Source: Geosiphon pyriformis uo1
Taxonomy: Eukaryota; Fungi; Glomeromycota
Assembly: GCA_016748015.1 (NCBI GenBank)
Contig: JAAOMT010000781.1
Span: 8,610 to 19,376 of the forward strand
Length of the DNA stretch: 10,767 nucleotides
Direction: 5' to 3'
Shown here: piece by piece, positions 1-9,453 of the stretch
How the letters are laid out: each line of letters begins with the position of its first letter
Position numbering within the stretch: the stretch's first letter is position 1
The notes under the pieces: generated by a model
Database searches by the model: none
The model's input: only the letters and a program-made list of their open reading frames with translations
What the model was told of the DNA's origin: nothing
Program-made: the position numbers and the translations under genes

Positions 1-2058
1 TAAAAAGATTGTTCAGAATTGACAAGTTAACATTTCTATTTTTTTTCCTTCTTTGCACACTTTTTCCCAGTTTAGAAAAAAAAAATTTTTACTACATAAA
101 ATAATGCTAAAGTTTTAATAAAAGCCTGAAACTAAACAAAAAATAGGAATATTTCTGATACTGTATATTTATTAACTTATATATTCTTGTAAACTTTCTT
201 TAAAATGCATTATACATATATATTTTTACCAAATATCTTAAGACAATGTAATCATTTTTTAATAACAGCTCCAAGCTAAACTTATTGAAAGCAATATAGA
301 AAAAGAGATTTTGCAAATATCTAGAAGACTATGAATAAAAAGCAAAGCAGAGCTACAATAAACTTAGAAACCAGATTTGTAAGCTTGTATATAAAATTTT
401 CATTACCTTTTACAGTTGTATTACACAGAATCAAATAATGTCTATAACCTACGGCATAGTGTACTGTATAGAAATTTGCAGAATTATATGCCACACAGGA
501 GACAAAAAATGCCCTATAATCTCCAGAGTAAATGATACTATATGAAATATATATGCAAACTTGTATATTACATAAAGACAAAACCTTTATAGTAAATATT
601 CACTTGGTGCATTGCATACTTATATATCATATGGGAGACAGAAAATACTCTGTAACTTTCAGAAAAGATAATACTTTTTAGCTGCAAGATATAACAAGAG
701 CTCCAGATGGTTACTTATTTTCTAGACATTAGTAATAATCTTCTTTTGTTTATTTCTAAGCACAAAATTGAGGTAACAAAGTTCTGCAAATTTTTTAAGA
801 AGAAATGAACACTGAAAAAAGAAGAGATATATAATATCTCTCAATCATAAATTTTATCATAACTTTTCTATAGCCACAGTTTAATATAAGCCTTAATATA
901 TAGGTAAGTATATTAAGAGTAACAAAAACACTTGCTACTTATCAAAAAACTCAAGTTATTAAGCATATGGTAACTCAGAGCACTGATGATGACATTTAGT
1001 AGCAAGATATACTAAACAATATACATATAATTTATATTAAAACTTGAAATACTAACTGATATTTCAGATTAATAAGAAAAAAAAATAAAAATAAACTTAA
1101 TAATAAGAAAAAAAAAGGTTTATTGGAGCCAGAAAAAGATGTATTTTTAAAAAAATTGAAGTAACTCTTGTTTGAAACATTACCAGTTTTGTAAGTATTT
1201 TTTTTTAAGTTCTGTTTTGTTAAAGTACTTGAAAATAACTTTGTGTTTTTTTTTTAGTTTTGATGCATATGTTTGACTATATGGTAATTTTCTCAAGAAT
1301 TGCAATATATTAGAGGAAAAATTTATGAATACATATATTTATTCTATGTTAAAAAAAGTGCTTTATTAATTTTTAAATATTCACTATATATGTAAGATTT
1401 TTTTTTTAAGTGTTTAAAGTAAAAGCCATTACATTTCTCATTTTTTTGTAGTGGCAATAAGCAATTAATATCTCAATATATTGGAAGTCTATATTCAATC
1501 AGAAAAAAAATGCTAATAAAACATATGATATTGCATATATAACAAATGAAAAACTCTATGAGATCTCAGTTATAAAATGATCAAAACCATATAAAGTTGA
1601 AAATTCCAAGAAGATATCAGATTACATTTAAAATACACATATGACAAAGAATATATTATATTATGTTATTGTATTAAAGTTAAAATTAAAGTAAATACCA
1701 CCAGTCTAATTTCGGATTTACATAATACAAAGCATTAGCCTTAATTTTTGGTTTTCTTTTATAGATTATTTAGGTATAATTACTACAAGAAAAAGACATT
1801 CATGAGTTATTATAATAAGATCTTTTTTTCTTTGGGTATTTATAAACTTTTTTGAAATTGGCACATGCAAAATTCTGACAGATCTAAGATACTACTGATA
1901 GAAAATTCTAATTGGTAAAAACTAAATAAAGCTATGGTACAGCAATATGCATAATCTGATAATTTTTTTATGATTAATTTACAATGGATTCCGAGCAAAC
2001 AGTACAAAATCCATAAAAGCAAGCAAGATTATTTAAGTGGATTGTAACAGAAGTACAG

Positions 2059-2080
2059 AATTATAAAATTATAAAATTAT
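2059..2080. repeat. Short tandem repeat (AATTATAA) x about 2.75
   Basis: aattataa-aattataa-aattat seen directly; low complexity. Confidence 0.5.
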
Positions 2081-4182
2081 GAAGAGAAGATAATCTAAGT
2101 TAAGTATGAAAAAGTTAGCCAAGATATCTAAAACTAATGCCATATTATTTTCTATTTGCATAAGTTGGTGTTTAATTTTTAATTTTATTACATCTATTGT
2201 ACCCTAACATTTAATCTGTACTTGAATTTCATTAATTAAAACAGAAAAAAACATGAATTTAGTTTTACATTTTTTTGTAAAAACACCAATTATATTCTTT
2301 GCAGAGAAATATTTATTTTTTTTCTCTCTCTTATGAAATTTATCTATTATCAAATTTTTAAAGTTTATATAATAACCAAAAACTGTAAATCTCATTATAA
2401 CATTATTAAATGAATATGCCATTAAATGCCATTATTAGATTACTTTAAATCTAAAGTTTTTTTAAAAAAATAATAAAGTTTATAAAAGATATAACTTTAG
2501 ACAAAATTTTTAGCTGTAAAATAATTATTTAAATTGATATTAAAATAAAGTCTAAAAATTCAAAATTCTAATTTTTACATTTATTATATTATTATAATAA
2601 ATCAATTTAGTGAATTATACATTAACTTTTAAAATAATATATATATTGAAATTGTATATTATATTAAATTAAATTTCACTATAGAAATTACAAAAAGAAT
2701 TATATAAAGTATACTTTACAAAATAATCTTGTCAAATTATATTTATAATTATTATTTTTTGTCTTATTTTTGTTTACAAACCACAAAGCACAATTTTTTA
2801 TACAATAAGTATAATTTAATGTAAATTATTTAAAAGATTTTAAAAAAAGCACTATTTTTCTGAAGTGTTTAAATTAGTGTTTCTAACCAGTTAAAACTTA
2901 ATTTGTTAATTACTTAAAAAAATTTAACCAGTATACTCATAGAATAATAGAGAAAAAATAGTAATAAATTAATATATAACATAAATAACTAATTAAATAT
3001 TAGAAGTTAGTAGATAATATAATATTAAAAATTCCAGTAATAACTCAGAAAAGGTGTAAAAATTACTAAAATTTATGTATATATATAGCAGTAATATTAA
3101 AAGCAGAAAAAATATTTTTTTATTATAAAATTTAATTTCTATTAAGTATTTTTAGCAATTAAAAAATTTAGTACTTAAAATAAAATTTATTCTAATAAAA
3201 TTACAATTATTAATACTTAGTTTATTAAAACAATTAATATTGATAACACCTATTTAAAAAATCTAACAACACTAAAACTCTCCTAGTCACAATAAGAGTT
3301 AGAATATACCAAAGAAATAAATTTTCTTTATTTCTTTTTCTCTTTATTTTCACAGTTATTTCTTCCAACATACCTTTGTTCATGAGTATAAATCCAGTCA
3401 GCTCTTCTGCTAATGAGTTGGTGCCTGTTTTGGTTGGGTTGGAGATCCAGTCTGGTGTCAAAACCAAACGGTTAGTGAGTGTTTACTCATGTAGTGCCTC
3501 TTACAAAAAACCCAAAAAACTTACCATCATTGGCAATGTGGTCGGAACTTCGGCTGGCTTTCTGGTTCTTACAGATATGGTTACTAATAGTGACAAATCT
3601 GTGAAGTCCTAAGACAGCAAAGTAAACAGTGAAGCAAGCAGTATTAGCAGTATTTCAAATCTAGAGAACATAAAGGATACAGTTGTGGAGAAGACCAGTT
3701 ACACAGATTTCAATGCCTTGAAAATCAATAATACTATGGATGACACTACACTAAGAAAAACTCATATTAGAACATATGTTTTAGACAGCAAACCAAAGAC
3801 TTCCTTTTTTGACAATTTGAGCAATGACAACAATGATGTATTAACACTTCCAGTTTCTAAATTTTCTGGTGTTAAGCATTTGGCAAATGTCAAGTCACAT
3901 GTCCTAAATAGATGCAATTTCAAGCCAGTCAAATCTTTTGCATTGAATATTAAACTATCTGCTATATCAGAAAAAACAAATAGTAATAAGTTAATTGCAA
4001 TCAAAAAAATTTTTTATTGAATTAATGATTTTGGGGGGACGTTGACTCCCATAAAATTTCCAGGCATCATTAGAACTTCATTCACTTTTGAGTTTAATAT
4101 GAATAAGGCAAAGAAATTGGCAATCTGTAAGAAAATTATTGTTAATAATAATCTAAGAAAAGTAAACATTTGCTCAGATCAG

Positions 4183-4640
4183 AAAATAATTGTCAAGAAA
4201 ATTCCAGTCAATCTTTCCAAATCAGCTGTGGAATCTGTTTTTTCCAAATTTGGTAAGGTGATGTCTATTAAAATACAACTGATTAGTTTGTGGCAAAAAG
4301 TTTTAGTGGAGTTTGATTCATTTGAAGTAGCTAATTTAGTTGCTTTCAAGTGGTCTGTTTTTATGGAAAAGAATTCTGTATGAGTAGCCTTAACAACTAA
4401 GGATAAACAATCTTGAATATTTAGGGATTAGCATAAGACTTTGCTCTATACTTTATCAGTTGGTACTACTGCTCACAATTTGTCTGGTTTACTTGAATTG
4501 TATGGTGAGAGGATCTGTTTTATTGGTTGCAATCCTAGTTCTTATGTACGTGACAGATGTGCTGTAGTTTGTTTTGCTAATAAAGCATCCAAGTTGGCTG
4601 TTATTGGCTTTGGTCTTGTTTTTAAGGGTGCAAATTTGTG
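4183..4640 (+). other. Two tandem RRM-like domains in ORF1
   Basis: First: KIIVKKIPVNLSKSAVESVFSKFGKVMSIKIQ...KVLVEFDSFEVA (RNP2-like, the F-x-x-F-G helix end, RNP1-like). Second, weaker: LLYTLSVGTTAHNLSGLLELYG...CAVVCF. Recognised by eye against the RRM consensus. Confidence 0.65.
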
Positions 4641-4665
4641 CTGAGCTGGTCTTTTTCTGGCTTGT

Positions 4666-4707
4666 TGTGCCACATGCAAACAGTTTGAACATATCTTAGA
4701 TGCGTGT
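4666..4707 (+). other. Gag-like CCHC zinc knuckle in ORF1
   Basis: Translation in the ORF1 frame after TGA 4642 gives C-AT-C-KQFE-H-ILDA-C, an exact CX2CX4HX4C. It is absent from the ORF track because it lies between stops. Confidence 0.9.
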
Positions 4708-5378
4708 TTGGTTGGTGGGAATTCTAGAGTTTGTGAGAAGCAGATGGTAACTAATCAAGATTGAATTTACCTGGCCAACATATATAAAAAAAAGCAGGCA
4801 TCTATTATTTGTCCAGTTTCTTTTGGTGACAAAACTTGAATTTAAATTGCGGGTGGTTCTTCTTCTTTTTTGGGTTTTTCATCTTCATTAGGTACTGGTC
4901 TGTCTTCTGGTGCTAAATTTTCTATTGGTGCTTGGTCTTTTTCTAATAGTGCTGATCTCTATGGTATCTCTGGTTTGTTCAATCACTTAGTGTTTTTGGA
5001 ACAGTCTTTAGAGCTTTTAACTGATCAGATTTCTGATATTGTGAGAAAGTTGAGCTTTGTGGAACTAGTGCTTTTGCCATCTGTTTTTTGTGAACTTCCT
5101 TTGGCTGTTTCTACACTTTTGGCTCCAGAAATTAACTTGAATATGGTTTTGGATGGTACACCAAAGTCTTCTGCTTTCTCTCTTTTTGCTGTTGTTGATG
5201 ATACTTCTGGTTTCAGTTTAAGTAGCTCCAAGATTTTAACCACCAAGATGGGTGGATTAGAGTCGAAAATGACATCTTTGGAAGCTTCAATTAGTTCAGT
5301 ATTAATCAGATTGGATCATTTGTGTTCTGGTTCTGGCTCTCTATTACTTTTTTCATTCCAATAAGTGGTTTGGTTTAG

Positions 5379-6040
5379 AAATTTGTTATGTGTAACATTC
5401 GTGGTATCAATGTTTTTGCAAAGCAAGTGGATACTGTTCACTGTCATATAAGTTCTGAGAATATGGTTTCTTTCATTACTGAAACAAAGTTGAAATTTTC
5501 TTCTTGGCTTTGGATCAAGGATAAATATGATGGAGCTCAGATTTTTACTTTTGGTTTGGATGTTAGATATCTTGGTGCTGGTGTTGCTGTTGTTATGAAC
5601 AATTCTTTGGCTCATCATGTTTCTAAGATTGAGGTGGTTTCTGGTCAGGTTATTTCAGTGCGGCTTCTGTTTAAGGGCAATCTCTCAGTGTTTGTTATCA
5701 GTTTGTATGCTAGTGTTTCTGCTGGCATCCGTTTTGGGCAAGCATCTGAGATTAACTCTATCATTGCTAAGGCTGTTAACACCAGTACTTTCATGGTTTT
5801 GGGGGGAAATTTTAATAAGTGCAAGTCTGAAAGAAGTGCAAGTTTCAAGTTCTGTTTGAGTTTGAGTCTGGTCAATTTGTTTAATGGCTATCATTTGGTT
5901 AAGGTGCAATTTAAGAGGTGCTGAGAGAACTATTGATTACATTTTTGTTAATGAGAGTCTATTTTCTGCTGTTGCAAAATGTTGGGTCAGTTCTGTTTCT
6001 GATTTTTTTGACATGGACCACAATACTGTGAAGATATTGG
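5379..6040 (+). other. APE-type (exonuclease-endonuclease-phosphatase family) endonuclease domain, degenerate
   Basis: Ordered motifs CNIRGIN, ITETK (QET-like), GAGVAV, SLYA, LGGNFN (GDFN with D>N), TIDYIFV and DMDHN (SDH-like). There is a frameshift at about 5905. Confidence 0.9.
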
Positions 6041-6900
6041 TCAGTCTGAGTGGGCTTCTAGATGTTTAGTTGAATGGTTTGCACAAACAAGCTAACAAAA
6101 ATTGTTGGAAGTTCAAAATTAAGAATGTGAACAGTACTGAGTGGTCTCACTTTAGAGATTGCTCCTCCACCAGGATTCTGATAATAAAAAATAGGTTTTT
6201 TGCTGCAGCTGTGGGTCATAATTTAGATGCTATGTGGTTGCTACTGGAAGGGGCATTGGTGGGTTTTGCAGATGAAATCTTTTTTAGGCTTTGGTTCAGT
6301 GATTTTTAGTGTTCAAAAAATAAGTGATCTTCTAAATTTCTGGGGTTAGAATTGTTGATTGCCAAGATTGTTAAGAATTTGGAATCTGATGATGCTTTCA
6401 GGTTTGATTACTTTGTAGAAAAATGGTTAACTTTGGATGCTAATAAGGCTCTTGTGTTAAAGGACATGGTTCATGCTGATCAAAAAATAATAGACATTCT
6501 TAAATATTTGTCAATTGTCAGAAAAGAGTACAGGAAGTCCAAAATATATGAATTGAAATTGGCACAGGAGGCTTTTATTAGAGCAGCTATTGAGAAACAT
6601 ATGAAGAAGTTTTGTTTAGACAAGAGCAGTATAATCAAAAGTGTTTTGGATAGACCCTTTCAGAAGGTGGTGTTAGATCACTTGTTGGTTGATGATGAGC
6701 TGGTGTTAGATTCAGATAGGGTAAAATTGAATGTTGACAGAATCATGGAAGGTTGGACAAGGAAATGTGTGATGCTTTCTGTGCTGTCTGATCACTGGGC
6801 TCATCAATATATAACATTAGACTATGTTAGAAATAATGTTTTTTCTGGTGTGATGGATGTAATTAACATGAGTCAGTTGCTTGTAGTTGTTGGTAGTCTG

Positions 6901-7885
6901 TCTGATGGCAAAGCTGCTGGCTTGTCTAGCATTCTGAATGAACTTTGAAAGCATGGTGGTGAGAGTGTAATAGTGCGCTTTTTAATGCTATTGAATGAAT
7001 GTCTCTTTATTGGTACAGTGCTAGTCTTGTAAAAGAAAGCATGAGTTTTAATGATCCTTAAATCTTATAATTGGGATGGAATTCTCACGAATACTCACCC
7101 TATTGCTTTAATTGAGACAGCCAGAAAGATTCTTTTTAAGATTTTTTCTGATATGATTTTTTTTACTTACAACAAGTTTGGTGTTCTCCACAGTGACAAT
7201 TTTTTAGTGTTAAAGGGTACTTCTACTCAGGTTCTGGTGTTTGCTGTTGGGTTGGTGGTTGAAGACGCTCTTGAGAAAAATAAAGAACTTTGGTTGGTTT
7301 TGCAGAATATGCATAAGGCATATGATTCTGTTGGTTGGCACCACTTAAAGACTAACCTATGGCATATAAAATTTGTGACAGATTTATCAAGTTTTTTGGC
7401 AGTATTCACAAGGATAGGATTAACAGAATGATGACTGATTTTGGCCTCTCAAATGGTTATAGAGTACATAATGGTTTGGATTAGGGTAAGGTTTTTTCAC
7501 CCCTTTTTTAGAGAATTTTTTATGATCTGCTATTGTGTGAAGTTAAAAGACATGAGCATTTATGTGGGTACTGGATTAATACTAAGTTTGTGGCTAAATC
7601 AGGCAAAGTTGAGAGTAGTGGTGAGATGTCTTTCTTTTTTGCAGCTGGTGCATTTGTTGATGACACTATTTAGATCGGAGATTGCCAAGCATCAATGCAG
7701 TATGTCTTGGAGATTACTAGTGAATTCTTTTTGGTTAATGATATTTCTATTAATAGTGAGAAAACTGTGGCTATTCCTATTAATCAGGGTGTTAAGGTTG
7801 CTTCTCTGAATATTAATGGGTGGCCAATTTCTATTGCCAAAAGATACAAAGCACACAGATATTTGGAGATTTTCTTGTTAACAGA
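6901..7885 (+). other. Non-LTR reverse transcriptase domain, degenerate
   Basis: GKAAGLSSI (KAPGPDG-like), L*KKA*V..MILK (W..A....IPK-like), NTHPIALIETARKI (RPI-L-like), LQNMHKAYDSV (D..KAFD), then a 1-nt shift at about 7370. After it: GLD*GKVFSP (G..QG..LSP, 7473-7502), AFVDD (FVDD at 7653-7664), INSEKT and HRYLEI (YLG-like). Confidence 0.93.
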
Positions 7886-8659
7886 AGGCCTGTCTAGGCC
7901 TAGTTTGGCCAAGGCTTATTCAGATATTTGCTATTTTGCCAATATAGTGCTCAAGAAGACTATCACGGATAATCAGTTCTTGTATTTAGTGTCAGCTGTT
8001 TTACAGCCCATTGTTAATTACCGTACTCAATTCAGCTTTGTTTCTTCAAATGTGTGCTACAAGTAAGATGCCTTAGTCAGAAAGGGCTTTAAGCTTAAAG
8101 CTGGTCTTCTTCATGACTTTCCTGATATAGCTTTGCATCACCCCTTATTGTATGGCCTAAAATCTTTTAAGCAGATACAAGCTGAGAGCAAATTGGCTGC
8201 TATGGTCACATTTTCTAATGCTTTGAGCATTTTGGGGCATTTGTTTGATCATAGATTCCTGAATTTGCAGGTTCTGAATTGGGCTCCTTTGGATCCTCTG
8301 CAGTTTCCTGTCAAGTGCTTTTTGTGATTCTAGTAGTTTTCCTATGTCATTAGTGCTGGGGAGTGCTTCTTACTTTGGTTCTGTTTGTTTTTTAAAGTAA
8401 TTTGGTGTTGTCTTTGGAGACAGGTTGCTTAATAAGAAGAGTCGTGTGATAGATTGAAAGACTTTTCACCAGTGGAAAAGGCTTGACCCAAGAGGGCCTG
8501 TCTTTTATTGGTTTGATTTCACATCTGAATTTTTGTGTGATGGTGGTGCTTTGTTATTTGGTCTGGCTAGAGCCAATTAACTTTCTGGTTTGGACATTCT
8601 GGCTTTTGAAGAGTTTTCTGATTTGCATAGTAGTTTACATGAGTTATGGTCTGGTCCTT

Positions 8660-9050
8660 TTGAGATTTTTACAGATGGTTCACTGAAAGATTTTGGCTCT
8701 TCTAGTGTTGCTGGTAGTGCTGCTGCATATTTTTCTGTTATAGACTGTAGTATTGGTGTTAGAGTCCATGGTTTGATGTCTTTCACCTTAATTAAGTTGC
8801 AGACTGTTGCTTTGGCATTAGAATGTGTTCTATCTTCTAGTGCAGTAATAGTACACCTTGATAGCCAAGCTGCCATTAATATGTGTGTCTCTGAATTGTC
8901 TCATCTGGTGTCTGATTTCTAAATTCTATGCTGGGTGAAGAGACGTTACATTTTTGATTTGATTAGAGAGAAAAATTCAAGCATGAGTTGGGTCAAAGTT
9001 AAAGGTCATTCTGGTGTTTGTGGCAACATTAAAGCTGATGCTGTTGCTGG
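8660..9050 (+). other. RNase HI domain, degenerate
   Basis: IFTDGS (Asp at 8674), TLIKLQTVALAL (AEL motif with E>K), HLDSQAAI, and after stop 8920 WVKVKGHSGVCGNIKADAVA. These match the canonical D-E-D-H-D order of RNase HI. Confidence 0.92.
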
Positions 9051-9405
9051 TACTACTGCATGTTCTTAGTTTTTTTTGCTCATTGGGGTGCAGAAACAGC
9101 TTTTAATCACTGAAAGTATGGTCATGTTTGGCAATGCCTGCCATTTTGTTAGAAATCTGTTTAGGTCTGTATACCAGGCATGTTGGAAAACTGGGCCTGG
9201 CCGTGATGTGATTTGGAGTAGTTTGATCAAATGTGTGAACTGGAGTGCTACCTCAAGAGTGTGGCACACTAACTCACACATGCTTACTGGGTCTACTAAC
9301 CAGAAGTCTTCTGTGCTGCAGTCGTATTTGATGAAAACTGTGCACTATCAACTCCCTGTGGCTGTTTATAAGAGATTGTATGATAAGAATTACCCTGGTG
9401 TGCTG

Positions 9406-9453
9406 TGCTTATTGTGTAGGGAAGTGGAGTTGCCCGATTATGTGTTTTCTTGT
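9406..9453 (+). other. C-terminal Cys/His zinc-finger remnant of ORF2
   Basis: CLLC-REVELPD-Y-VFS-C fits CX2CX7HX3C if TAT at 9439 derives from CAT. This motif type is typical of LINE ORF2 C-termini. Confidence 0.75.

Larger units (their letters stand above)
3382..5364 (+). pseudogene. LINE ORF1 (nucleic-acid-binding protein), inactivated by nonsense mutations
   Basis: ORF-track pieces 3376, 3685, 4042, 4441 and 4870 are all in the same frame from ATG 3382 to TAA 5362-5364. Internal stops lie at 3610, 4018, 4381, 4414, 4429, 4642, 4762, 4837 and 4843, with no frameshift. It contains RRM-like segments, a CCHC knuckle and heptad repeats. Confidence 0.88.

Noticed and set aside
379-415. GTAAGC...TTTTACAG mini-intron
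   Set aside because: It is only 37 nt and splicing it does not produce a clean joined reading frame.
321-2422. Minus-strand ORFs 321-581, 1840-2022 and 2204-2422 as protein-coding genes
   Set aside because: They are short, biased to AT-rich codons (F/I/K/N/Y) and have no recognisable motifs.
3218-3237. Target-site duplication pairing TAGTTTATTAAAACA with TAGATATTATTAGAAAACA after the poly(A) tail (10090-10108)
   Set aside because: It needs several gaps in near-pure AT sequence and is not distinguishable from chance.
3637-3654. AGCAGTATT x2 inside ORF1
   Set aside because: An in-frame Ser-Ser-Ile repeat in a low-complexity region; trivial.
7366-7376. Programmed ribosomal frameshift at the A-run inside RT
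   Set aside because: It lies within the RT core of a dead copy; a 1-nt deletion in a homopolymer is the simpler explanation.
3234-9281. Minus-strand ORFs (3234, 3762, 4489, 5025, 5316, 5645, 5685, 7227, 8577, 9066) and alternate + frames (5617, 7441, 8483) as real genes
   Set aside because: They are short, mostly have non-ATG starts, show no motifs, and shadow the LINE ORFs. The RT motifs in 7371-7695 lie in a different frame from ORF 7441.
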